64,000 nucleotides of DNA from Macrostomum lignano (taxonomy: Eukaryota). This document shows, piece by piece, positions 11,505 through 23,151 of the stretch. Position numbers and translations under genes: made by a program. The stretch covers positions 62,001 through 126,000 of the forward strand of contig NIVC01001952.1 of the NCBI GenBank assembly GCA_002269645.1. Reading direction: 5' to 3'. A model generated the notes under the pieces. It was not told the DNA's origin and searched no databases. It saw only the letters and a program-made list of their open reading frames with translations. Position 1 is the stretch's first letter. Every line of letters begins with the position of its first letter.

Positions 11505-14500
11505 TTAATGGGCCGGCCTCGCCGTATTCAGCAGAGCGAGGGCCTCGGCTGATAGGGCCGGCATGCGGCCGAGATCTTGAGCTGCTCTGCGTACTGCGGC
11601 CTCCAACGCCACGGCGTAATGCCGATATGGCATGAGCAAAGAGCGCGTTCTCGTGAAGGCTTCGTTGATGAGGGCGCGCCGCTCATCCTCAGCCATAGCC
11701 TTTAGTGCAATGGTTTGCGGTGTGGACCAGGCTGTTATTTCTCCGGTATACGCGGCTTTCAGCAGAATGGCCGCGATCATCTGCTTGATAGGCTCCCTGG
11801 CCGGCTGCGACTGGCTGCTACAGGCCGTCCCGCCACTGCTGGCCGGTGCCACCTTGCTAGGAGGGGGGCGGCTTCGCCCTCCCAGCCTTTCCAAGGCCGT
11901 CGGCCGTCCAGCGGGCTGCCAGTTGGCCGCGCGCTGCCGGGAGCGACTCCTCGATGGTCCTGCCGCTGCCCGGCCTCTGGCCGGGGGCTTCTCCAACAGC
12001 GCCGTCTTCCTAGGGGTTGGCTCTGTTTGAGGCCCGGCCACAGCCTGGACGTTCGTGTCGACTCGCAATAATGTACGGCGGGTAATGCCGATGGGCGCTG
12101 TAACCGGCGGGCCAGACGGTATTGGCGTTGGCTGGGTCTTCACCCGCCCTTCATCGGGACGCGGTGATGATGACTCGATCGGCTCGAAAGAGTCGTTCGA
12201 AGCTGACAGAGAGAGCTGCTGCTCTAGAGGCATCTCGTCCTCGCTCATGATGGTGCTGGAATGCGGAAAGAAGCGCCTTATTGAAGAGGCGAGCGCATCC
12301 CTGATCCTAGCAACATAAGATTTAGCTCTAGGATTCATTATTAGTCTATCTGGGGCTCGGCGGTCTCTCCGCGGGCGCTCAGCAACAGGCTGAGGGTCCG
12401 GGGGCACCGCTTCGGGCTGTTCTATGTCCCTAGGTGTTTCAGGTTGCTCATGAACAGCTACCCCATTTTTATTCATTTCAGGTTCGGCGACTTCTGGGAT
12501 CGCTGCTAGTGCTGCGGCCGGACGCAGAAAGTAGCGCGGAGCCCAGTCGTCATTATCGTCATCGAGCTCGTCAACGTCATCGGCGACTTCGCCGGTATTC
12601 TGAGAGGCAGTGGTTTCTATGGCAACGCGACGCTTACGCGGCGGCCCAGCACGGTGCTCAGCTGCCCGGCCAGCTGGCTCTGGATAGTCAGCTTGCGGAA
12701 CCGGTAGCATATTGCGACGGTGCACCACCAACTCCTCTCGACGAGCCCTAGGATTCCGGAGGCGAGGTCTGATCTTGTAGACAACTTCTCCTTTGCGCTC
12801 TACTACTTCATACACAGCCTTGCGCGGTCTGTGAAATTTCTGCGCTTCCCAAGACTGATCTAAGACTGGATTGTTCAGGAAGACTAGGTCACCCGGTGAG
12901 AGCTGCTTGGCCTTCGGGCGATTCTCATAATGTTCATCGCGAAGTTCTTGATGCAGCTTCACACGGTCCTGGGCTAACTGATTAGCTTCCTCTAGTCTCT
13001 TCTGGAAGTCTTGGACGTACGTTGGCAAGTCCGGATATTCAGGTGGGACCCGAAGCTCATTATCAATGGGCATCCGGATTCTCTTCCAAAGACCAAGAAG
13101 TAGGGCGTAAACCCTGTAACCGGGTGAACGCTAGATCGCAGAGCGATCATGCATGCTGGGAGGAAGGTGTCCCAATCCTGGTGATTCTTCTCCAGCAAGC
13201 ACGTGAGTACACTCTTGATTGTCTTGTTGAGATTTTCCACCTGGCCATTCGAACTAGGATTATACGGCGTTGTAGTCGTGTGCCTAATGCCGTACAGCTC
13301 ACAAAACTTCTTAAAGTCCTTTCCAGTGAAATTCGTTCCTTGGTCGGTGTGCAGCCACGCTGGTACACCGTACTCCGGAAACAATCTTTCCTGAAGAATC
13401 TTGACTACGGTCTTGGTCTTCTGGTTCCGCATAGGGAACGCAAAAGGGTATTTTGAAGTAGCATCGCATAGCGTCAGAATATAGCGGTGGCCAGCTCGCG
13501 AAGGCTGCGAGATTGGGCCGACAACGTCGCAGTGTAGCCGCCCCATCACTTCACAGACTGGGAAGCTCTGCACAGGCACGGCTTCGCGACGGCGAGTCTT
13601 GCTCTCCAGGCAAACTCGACATCGGGCCACGTAGGCCTTAACCGCTTTGCTCAAAGACGGCCTCCAAAACCTTTGTCTAACCCGAAGATAGGTCTTAGTT
13701 TCGCCAAGGTGTCCACTCAAGGGAGCATCATGGAGCTCTTTGAACACCTGGTCATCTAGACTCTTCGGCAGCACAATGCGCGGTGGACGGTCTGCTATGT
13801 CTTCATCGTAGACGAGCAGGTTGTCTACTAGCCGCAACATATCAAAGTAGCCTAGTAGGTTGCGCGTATCCCTACTAAGACGTAGTCGGGCGTCAAAGGA
13901 CGGCTTGGGCGAACTAGTCGCTAAAAGATTTCTGACGAACTCAATGTCCGGGTCCTTCTGCTGCTCGAGGAGCAGTTGGTCTCGCTTCAGAGGTTCGGAC
14001 AGAAAATCACTAAGCAGAACACGACAGCGTGGAGGAACATCCTCACTAACGCTACGGTTCGCTGATTCCGTTATTGAAGCAGATAATGGCCTTGCTGCGT
14101 CGTCGGTCCGGATTCCTGCGGTCAGGTCACCTGAGACACGAGGGCGAACAGCTTCTATGGCCGTAGGTGCGGTAGTGTGGCGTCCAACTGGGGCAAAGTC
14201 CACAGCTAAACCAGCAACCTTGGCTGCCCATTCTGAGCGGCGGTCCACTGAGGGACAACATGTCGCATCAGTCTGGCAGACAGCCTCGGACGCTCCAGCC
14301 GAACAACGGTTCACTGAGGAACAACATGTTGAGTCGGCAGAAACGGCCGCAATAACGGGTGTCGGACATCGGTCCACTGAGGGACAACATGATGAGCCGG
14401 CGACGGCAATACGAGATTCCTGCGAGGCAGAACTGCTGGATGTTACTTGGTCGGCGTCTTCGACTAATCCGAGGGCTGAGGGTACAGTGGCCTCATTTTC

Positions 14501-16876
14501 TGTCTGGTTGGGTGTCCGTGCTCCAGGACGACAGTCATCGAACTCCGGACCGTCCGGCTTTCTTGATAAGCTGTCTGCGTTCTGGTGCAAACTTCCCTTC
14601 CGATGAATGACAGCAAAGTCGAATTCACTTAGCCGTTCGACCCAACGACCCAAGATCCCTTCGGCTTCAGTCTGGCGAATGAGCCAAAGAAGAGCCCTGT
14701 GGTCTGTTCTAACCTCAAATCTCTTGCCGATTAAGTAGTAACGAAAGTGCCTCATCGAGTCAACAACGGCCAAAAGCTCACGCTTGGTGTTGTTGTACCT
14801 CGTTTCAGGCTCGCGCAATTTCCGACTAAAATAGGCAACAGGCCGCTCCGCACCATCGGATTGGCGCTGGCCTAAACAGGCGCCGATTCGGAAACCTGAG
14901 GCATCACAATCCAGGACGAAGACTGTGTCTGGGTCTGTGTTGTACTCTGGGTACGCGAGGACCTCAGTAGAGCACAGCTTCTTCTTGAGCTCATCGAAAG
15001 CTTTCGAGTGTTGCTCTGTCCATAGCCCCTTGAACCCAACAAGGTTCTTCCGAGTCAATTGATGCAACGGGGCAGCAATTTCGGCGTAATTCTTAACGAA
15101 TTTGGCATAGTAGTTACAGAGACCTAGAAAGCTCTGCAGCTGCTTGACTGTCTGAGGACGCGGCCAGTCTAGTATCTGCTGTACCTTGTCTTCATTAGTC
15201 CTAATGCCTCGTCTATCGACTACATGTCCGAGATAGTGCAACTCTGTCTTAAACAGATGGCATTTGCGTGGCTTTAGCTTAAGATTGGCTTCAATGAGCC
15301 GCCTGAACATTTCGCGAAGATGTTCGAGGTGCTCCTCGAAGGCAATACTATGAATGACAATGTCATCCATGTATCCTAAGCGAACTTAGTGATACCGTCT
15401 AGCAGCATATTGATGCATCGCTGGAAGGCTCCAGGGCTATCGCGAAGCCCCATAGGCAAGACGTTGAACTCAAACTGACCTCGATTGATCACTGAGAAGG
15501 CTGTGCGAAAACGATCCTCTTCACGCAACGGGATCTGATAGAACCCTTGAGCAAGATCCAAGCTGCTGAACCATTGAGATCCCCGGAGACATGCAAACGT
15601 CTCCTGGATAGATGGCAACGGATATGGTCGATATTCGCATCGTTCATTCAGCTCGCGATAGTCGTGGACTATGCGGACTGATTTATCCTTCTTAGGCACT
15701 ACTAAGATAGGAGAGCTGTAGCTTGAATAAGATGGCCTGATCAAGCCCTTCTCTAGCATCTCATCTAGCAGCTGATTGACCTGATCTTGCAGGTGCGGGG
15801 GACCCTGCGAGCTGGAATCCTAACTGGAGTCTCGTCCGCATGACGATCTGATGGGTCACCAGGTGAGTCAGACCGTGATCAAGAGTGTGCGTGGAGAACG
15901 CATTACGCGACTCTCTGATCAGCTCACGAACCTGGGACTTCTGGTCCTCCGTGATCGAATCGCCTATCTCTATCTCATTGATCCAATCGTCACTGGCTGA
16001 ATTGATGTTATCGTCTAGGTGCAACTTGCGCACAGGTGTTGCTTTCAGTTCTGGATAGTACTCGAGGTCTTGCGTCCGGAGCGGTGTGGCAAGGCCCACC
16101 AAGGCTCCTTTGGCTATATTAACTGGAAAGTTGTTAGGATTAACAACTTCCATGCAGCCTTTGCCTTCATGCATCGTTACCAATGCTGCAGATGCGCGGA
16201 CCTGGGAAAGCCCAGCGCGGAGTCCAGATCTGAGTGGTTCAACCACTGCTGGCACTCCATAATTCGATTCTTTGCCACGTGCCAGTTGCACAGATATGAG
16301 GCCAGAACTTCGAGCAGGAATCTGATGTTTTCCGGCAACATAGACTCTGCACGAGGTTGGCTCACGGCGCGTATAGCGCACGGGTACACAAGTACCAGTA
16401 GTGAGGGTAAGCATTCCTGTCTGGAACTCCAAGGTCCGACAGTGCTTCCTCATAAAATCAATGCCTAGGAGATTCTCCTGATCGCCGCTTACAATGTAGA
16501 ATTCAGCTTCAGCTGAGAAATCTCCGAAGACAACATCAAGCATAACCTTACCGGTTAGCTGTAATTCAGAACCATCATAGGTTAGAATACGATCGGAATA
16601 AGTAGGTGTAACTACGCATGCATGTGCAGTACTGCGCGATAACAATCGCCAAGTAGAAAGGCCCATCAGGTTCAGTCTGCTCCCGCTGTCGAGAAGCAAG
16701 GGAACCTGTTGGCCGAAAATAAGCGCAGTTACATAAGGATCAGCACCAGAGTTATATACATTATTTACAAAGGAAGAGTCTACGGTATCGCCAGACTCTC
16801 CAGACTGCTTTAGTGCGACTTCGGGGGTTGGCCCTGGAGAGGGTCCTGGTTGGCAACCCCCGCCCGGACGTTTCCC
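11505..16876 (-). CDS. pol: Gypsy Pol polyprotein (protease, RT, RNase H, integrase, long C-terminal extension), broken by four single-base deletions in this assembly
   Basis: Protease LLDSGS; RT SSPILVVPKKD, DYRELN, LDLAQGFYQI, MGLRDSP, GYMDD; RNase H LDCDAS/RELLAV/RTDH; integrase H-x7-H..CRVC, LHCDVVGP, HTDQGTNF, VENLN. Frame breaks at ~15841, 15797-15801, 15378-15379 and 13079-13080. Confidence 0.95.
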
Positions 16877-17775
16877 GGCTTCTGAGCCTTGAACTTAGGA
16901 CAGTCAGGCCTCTTGTGGCCTGGTTTACCGCACTCGTGGCACACAATGCCTTGCAGCCTATCTCTGACAGGTGCGGCTGGCGTCTGCTTGAGAAGCTGCT
17001 CAAGCATCTGCTGCTGCTTCTGCAGAACCTCATTCTGATGCCTGATTAGATTCTTAAGCTCATCGTCCTGTCGGGGAACCGTAGCTTTGTCCCCACCAAG
17101 GCTGCGACAGGGTGCGTCTTTGCTGCGGGCAGCAAGCTCACGCGCTGTCTCGATGCGCTTGAAGGCGAACTTGGCGTCCTGTAGAGTCTCTGGACGACCC
17201 CAGTACAGCCGTTCTCTCGCCTCAATTGTAGTTCTGACACCTTTCAGGAACTGATCAACAAGTTCTGATTCGAGCTGAGCTGGCAAGAGATAAGGATAAG
17301 CGAGTTCTCCGAGTTCGCGGAGAGCATCTGCAAACTCGTCAATGTCCTCGTTCTTGCGCTGAGTTCGGCAGCGGAAATCTTCTCGGAATTCCTGTGAGCC
17401 GCCTCTCTTTGAGAATCTCTCAATCAGCGCTTCCTTAAACTCTTCGTACTCCAGATGGTCTGGCAAGTTCAGGCGCAGGACCGAAGCATACGCCGTGTGC
17501 ACGTCAAGGTTGGCGAGCAACTCCGCCTTCCTGTGGCAGGCACGAATGTCTTCGGTATCGCAGCGAAGATCGAAGGCTTTGATCCACGTGCGGATGTCTT
17601 GGGATGGCGTGTATTTAGCCATCTTGACATGCTGCCTGACTTGGCCTATACCAAGCTGGCGCTCCAGTGCATCAGCGAGACGATCAAGACGTTCGCCTAG
17701 TACCGGTTCCTCAGCTCCTGCTCCAGCACCATCGTCAGGTGGTGCCATTGAAGCACGACTGCTGGCAATAGACAT
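16810..17775 (-). CDS. gag: Gypsy Gag with CCHC zinc knuckle, 321 aa
   Basis: Retrotransposon capsid-like region (FREDFRCRTQRKNEDIDEFADALRELG) and knuckle CHECGKPGHKRPDC. Starts 66 nt after the PBS. Confidence 0.95.
   Translation of the reverse strand: MSIASSRASMAPPDDGAGAGAEEPVLGERLDRLADALERQLGIGQVRQHVKMAKYTPSQDIRTWIKAFDLRCDTEDIRACHRKAELLANLDVHTAYASVLRLNLPDHLEYEEFKEALIERFSKRGGSQEFREDFRCRTQRKNEDIDEFADALRELGELAYPYLLPAQLESELVDQFLKGVRTTIEARERLYWGRPETLQDAKFAFKRIETARELAARSKDAPCRSLGGDKATVPRQDDELKNLIRHQNEVLQKQQQMLEQLLKQTPAAPVRDRLQGIVCHECGKPGHKRPDCPKFKAQKPGNVRAGVANQDPLQGQPPKSH
16822..16876 (-). promoter_or_regulatory. Programmed -1 ribosomal frameshift signal (gag to pol)
   Basis: Slippery heptamer G GGA AAC (plus 16870-16876) in the gag frame, a 7-nt spacer, then stem CGGGGGTTG...CAACCCCCG (16862-16822). 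The -1 frame is open from there into the protease. Confidence 0.85.
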
Positions 17776-17840
17776 TGCTATGATTACTAAGTGAGACTAA
17801 GACGTAGGTGGACGAAGGATTGACGTGGTCGTTTTACCGG

Positions 17841-17858
17841 ATCCCACCGCTGCCACCA
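17841..17858 (-). other. Primer-binding site complementary to the tRNA-Leu 3' end
   Basis: TGGTGGCAGCGGTGGGAT lies 1 nt after the 5' LTR. Its complement ATCCCACCGCTGCCA+CCA matches the familiar 3' end of metazoan tRNA-Leu(AAG/TAG). Confidence 0.9.
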
Positions 17859-17859
17859 G

Positions 17860-19105
17860 TGTTATGCCGTGGCTTTCGCCTGAGATAGAACAAGGATTTC
17901 CCTGGGTGGTCGGGTAGGTCTTGTTATCCCACCGCTGCCACCAGTGTAATGGCTGTGCCTACTGCTTCCTCTGTCTGTCCTCGCTATCTAGCACGGCCGG
18001 TAGCTGGCCTGAGTGGTCTAGCACTATGGTCCGAATTAACCCCTCTTAGTCTCCACTGAGTACAGTTAGATAATAACCGAGTATTGGTAGTTGGGTTGCT
18101 GCCACCTTGTAGGTCTACAGGTGATATCCTCGACAGGTTACCCCTAGGTAGGCCTACTGATAAGTAGAAAATAAATAAGACAAACAAGTCAGTTAAACGT
18201 TTATTAATGTGAGTAACGGTCACAGGCCGATCCTAAAATATCGTTTAATAGCTCAACTGGTGTCGCAGTAACAAGTCCCAACCCTATTAGGTGTCACTGA
18301 TGTTGCCCAACAGCGTAGGTTGTAGGCCACGAGACCAGGTCCAGACGGTGTCGAAGGTCTGGCGAGCTGATGACACAAAGACCTGCGGCAATCTTAATGA
18401 GCAAATGGCAGCTGCAACAAGGATTTGTTAGCAGGTTATCCCTAGGAAAAGCGTCTAGCGATCTGCCTAAGCTAGTTCGTCTAGGAAAAGCATCTAGGAA
18501 TACTAGCCTTTGCTCGAAGCCAAGCAGGCGGTCTCCGAGAGGATCGAGATCGTCTCCTGAACGAGGATGGTCTCTTTGGGCCTTCACCTACTCTGTATTT
18601 ATACTAAAATTCGGGGGTCTTAGGGCCAATGGGAAGCTCAGAGGCAGTTCCGTGGCAGATCCCATGGCAGTTCCGTGGACTACCCGGAGCCAGGAGCGAT
18701 CTTGGAGATGCCCATAAGACATCTGCCTCATCATGCAGCCTCCGCATGGCCTGCTGGTACACTGCTTGCATGTTGCCGCATGCAAGGAGTGCAACCAAGA
18801 CCCCACGAGATCCTACCCCGGGCGGAGAGCTATGCTCTCACTCCCGCTGACTAAATAAGCCTGTACTAAAGGAGAAATATCCCACTGACTAATGTTTCTA
18901 TTTTTAGCCCATTGCAGACTGCGCCAGGGGGAGAGGGGGAGAGAGTTTCTCTCCCTGTCCCGCGACAGCTGCACACCTGAGCCTGCACAAGGGAAGGGGA
19001 GGAAGGGACAGCCCTATGCCCAGCTCCCACTGCTGCAGCCCAAGCACTAACTGACTAAGAGGGGATCCCAGGAGCAGCCTATGCTAGCTACGCTGGATCA
19101 CCACA
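17860..19105 (-). repeat. 5' LTR of the Gypsy element (1246 bp)
   Basis: Appears identical to 10052-11297 and is followed on the minus strand by the PBS. Confidence 0.97.
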
Positions 19106-20298
19106 CTAAGGAATTTTCCGGTAAACAGCTCAAATAAATTAAAAACAGTTAAATGGAGAAGCAACCTAAACAAGCTCTTGTAACGACTCTGATTATCAAT
19201 AAATCAAGCGTTCCCGAAAATAGCCGGCTTTTCAACAGCAGCTTTTTAATTGCTGCTTTCATAATTGATTGATTAGAGATAAAACCATTTTGAACGATAA
19301 AAGCCCACCTAGGAAATATTTTTTGTTTTAATAGAGTGAAATGAGCAGTTTTCCATTTTTTCAGGGTGAAATCGGCCGAACTGCTGTCCCAATAATTATC
19401 CAACTTCAAAGCTGCTTAAAGAGAAATTTCCCAGCAAAGAGGCAGAGTCATTCTCTGATAATACCCGAAGGATTATGTCAGTCCAAATCGATAATCGAAT
19501 TGAATTATTTAAAAAATCTTTTGTTTTGATCAAGCCAGATGTTACGTGGGCGGATCAGCCCACGCAACTGTGCTCGCAGCGTTGCCAATGCACTCTCCGA
19601 GAACTGTTCTCACTCTGGCCTGCAGCAACTGAGTTTCATTTAATGAATTTCATTCATCTGGCCATGAGAGAAGATGGAAACAGAATCTCCATTTAAAGCC
19701 AGTCAGTCAGTCAGATGGACAATAAAAAGTCGGATCAACGGCGGTAATTTGTATCTGACTGCCGATCTCGGGCGACGGCATTTTGACCATCCCATCCATC
19801 TGCGGACGTAGCTATCTGATAAAGTGCAACTTCACCCACAGCTGCAAAGCTTATTGACGGCTACTCAATCGTGTGTTACAAGTTCTCGCACGCGAATAGG
19901 GACAGAACGGTGTTTATAACCAAACATGGCAGAGTATAATTCATGCCAGCTCTTATCTTTCAATTTCGTAAAATCTACCCACGTTCCCAACACCACTGAG
20001 CGCTCTTCATCCTGTATCCTCCAACCTCTCCATTTCTATTCTAATAATGAAAGCCCTCCTACGCTGATAGGAGCCCCTAGCAGCCTTTAAAGCAGAAATC
20101 AGAGATGCTCCGAGCCAATCGGAAGCCTCCGGTCTCCATTCCAACCCCTATTTCTCTGCCTTGGCATAGCCTTGATATTTGGCGTCACCAGAGCTGCACC
20201 GGGGTTCGCTTGACTTGACGGCTTCGCGACAAGGCGGAGGAGAAAATCGCACAGACTTCATAAGCTTCGAACCCCATAGCAACTGCAACCGAGCGCCA

Positions 20299-20482
20299 AT
20301 GACCTCAAGTGCTCCGGTGAGTCTGGCAGCCGTAGCCGGTTGCCTGCTGCTGCTCCTGGCGGCAATCGCCTCGGCGGCATCGGCGGAGTCGCCACTGTGG
20401 CAGCCAGCGCGATGGGACAACTTTCAGTCCATCGACAGTGAACGAGCCGCTGCAGAGCCGGTGGTGGCCGAACTCCGCTCCG
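20299..20482 (+). CDS. Exon 1 of candidate neuropeptide precursor (signal peptide + propeptide)
   Basis: MTSSAPVSLAAVAGCLLLLLAAIASAASA is a typical signal peptide. GC-rich codons, ending at a phase-1 donor CCG|GTGAG. Confidence 0.6.
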
Positions 20483-21888
20483 GTGAGCTTGCGCCTACCT
20501 GTTGACAAAGATTCAGATTACTCGTGGGGATGATGATTGTGCAGATTTGTTGAGACTTGAGCACATCTGTCAATTATAATTTTACGGCGGCAACCGCTCT
20601 CTAATAAAGGAACTGGTCTCAAATTCAGACATCTTTGAAAATACCTTATATGGCATGCGCCTTCACTAAAAGGCGCCCCTCCCTCCTTCTCGAGGTTTGA
20701 AGTCACACACGCTGCGCAAATGAAAAATCACAATAATTGCTGCAAAGCATACATAATTGCTAATTTTCTTCTCCTATCTGTTGATAGCTCGGCAACTGAG
20801 AAAGCTGGCCATTGATACAGGCTTACACCGGAAATTGGCTCTACTACCTTGCAATTTTGGCCGCTGCAGAGGTTATAAAAAATACGAGTATGATGCACTT
20901 AAATGGCCTAGCACTAACAATACAAGCGTACCTGCGTGACTTAATTATTCATTTCTACGAGCTACGAGCTACGATTTGCATTTTAAGGCAAATAATCAGT
21001 AATTGAGTACTCGTATCCCACAAATCATTCACGAGTCTGTTGGCAGTCCGTTTGAAAGCATTCTATGTACTACAGTTGAAGGATTATGAGCTCGTAAGCC
21101 AATTAGAGAGATTAAAAATTGAGCTTAAGCGCACCAGCAAAGCATGCCGTATTCATAGCATGCAGAGCACCTTTTATATGCTTGGCATGATGGGCCTTGG
21201 TCTCAGCGCATCTGTACTGAAGCATCAATACTCGACTATTCAACTGCCTCTGCTGCACAGCCTTCAAAAATAGGCATTAATTGGGCTTACAATTGGCAGA
21301 GTACGGTGGCATGGAAATCGCATTCCTTTTATGGTATTCGGCAGGTCTAGTCTGCAATGACGCGTGCTCCGTCATGCTGACGCAGGCGCAGAAATGAAAG
21401 CATTTCTTTAAAAATTCAATTTTAATTTAAGATTAGACGCTAATGTGAATTTCATTCAGGATATCTTAGCGTTTTGTTTGAGACGTTCTTCGCTGAACAG
21501 CTACTGAATAATTCTACGTATTTTATTGATTGAATGAGACGCGTTCGTCGAATTAAAGCGTGTTTTTCCATTGCTGAGGAGACAAATTTAACATTGTTTC
21601 CCTTTCTCTCGATTGCTAACTCATACAATGGGGCATTTAATAAACTTAATTTGTTTCTCTATTCAGCTTCTTTTTAATTACCAGAGTGGGAATAAAATCG
21701 TTGGGCGTAACAAACCAATGCCGTTAACCAAGTCAACTGATGCTTGAGATAAGTGCTCAATTTTGGAAATCACAGTTTATTTGGTTGGTGGCATAGCTGG
21801 TTGAGGTCACCTGCTGCTCTCTATTGCCAAAGCCAGTAGCGCTGCTCAAGACTCAATCCCATGCTACCGTGCGAATTCGAACCCGCAG

Positions 21889-22133
21889 AGCGCCGCTCCG
21901 GCCACTGGCCGTTCCCGATGAGGCTCCGTCGGGTGGCCCAGGCGACCAGGCTGCGCAGACTCGCTGCTGAGCTGCGCGCCGCCATCGACGCCGCCGACAC
22001 CATTGACGAAGACGCCGAAGCAGACGTCGAGGAGCCTGCCGCTGGCGGACCGAGGATCGACCAGCCCGGCAGCTACCGCAGGCGGCTCAGCAAGCGCTGC
22101 CGGATCGGTAGGCTGTCCTGCCCCATCGGCTGA
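21889..22133 (+). CDS. Exon 2 of candidate neuropeptide precursor; C-terminal cyclic peptide CRIGRLSCPI(G)
   Basis: Acceptor CGCAG| at 21888 is in the phase matching exon 1 (joined ORF 142 aa). Acidic spacer, multiple RR/KR sites, terminal KR-C-x6-C-PIG-stop, and AATAAA at 22188. Confidence 0.65.
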
Positions 22134-23151
22134 AGCCTGCGCTGGTCAAAATGTTCGAAATACGCAAAGAGTTGAACTGCAACTGGGAAATAAACAGCCA
22201 TAGAATATTCTCTCGCATATACAGTGCATTCGCGACCAATCCTAAGTTCCAAAATTAATCCATGGTCTACTCAGAAAAATTGTTTGGCCCGCCATTGCCG
22301 CCCACCTGGAGAACTTTGAGACTGAAATAAAACACGAGACTAAGCGATGAACAGTCCCGCTGCTATTCATGCATATCCGCGCTTAACCACCTCGCAGTTT
22401 ATTCGTTTCTTTTACACTGGCGTTGCCGCATCGCTGGTGAACTTTTTCGGCTGTTGGTGCCGTCGTTAGAAAAACAAAATCCGCCTACATTTTCCCTGTG
22501 GGATAAGATCGGCTTTAATCCGATTTTAATCGCCCTTTATTGCTTGGCGGATTAGGAAAAACTGTCAATTCAATTGGAATCGAGTCCCTGTTGAGGCATG
22601 CGGCTTTAAGTATTAATAATATTCGGCGCAAGGCTTGAGAAGTGAAATTCTCGCTGCTAAAATTTGGGCCCGAAGTGGAGCAAAACGTTGGCCAAACAAA
22701 TCGCTGAGACAACACAGGTGACCCCAGTCTAACCGCATGTGCAGGCAGAGTATAGCCTAAGCTATCTTATCAATGAGCCCCTCCCTTTTCGATTGTACTT
22801 TATGCCAGCTCGCAAACTTGCGGCTCATTGTGGCTGCTTTTGGTTGTTCAAAATAGCAAGCGGTGTTTCATCGCAGAATTTTCCAGTACATGATAAAATA
22901 TTTTCTCTCAGCGACCTTGAATCTCTGTTTCATGGTTGGTCTGAGTCAGCTTTAGGCACACGTTTATCTTTTATTGCCAAAGCAAGGAAAAATTCGACTG
23001 CTAACTCTGACTCTGTTGTCATGGCAACGGATAACGATTTTTGAATCTGTTTATCTGGCGGTATTTACAGTATTTAAATCAAAGCATTAGAAATTAGTGG
23101 CCTGATCAAACCCCCTGCTGACAGCCTACCATTTAAGTTCTCGCTGCAACC

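Larger units (their letters stand above)
10052..19105 (-). mobile_element. Full-length Ty3/Gypsy LTR retrotransposon (gag, PR-RT-RH-IN pol)
   Basis: Two 1246-bp LTRs offset by 7808 bp, both TG...CA. 4-bp TSD CTAA at 10048-10051 and 19106-19109. PBS, PPT and domain order PR-RT-RH-IN are all present. Confidence 0.98.

Noticed and set aside
11505-12345. env gene or chromodomain at the end of the Gypsy element
   Set aside because: No signal peptide, furin site or TM anchor, and no aromatic-cage chromodomain pattern.
22098-22133. Oxytocin/vasopressin ortholog, based on the CPIG tail
   Set aside because: The ring is C-x6-C rather than C-x4-C, the peptide is C-terminal rather than next to the signal peptide, and there is no neurophysin.
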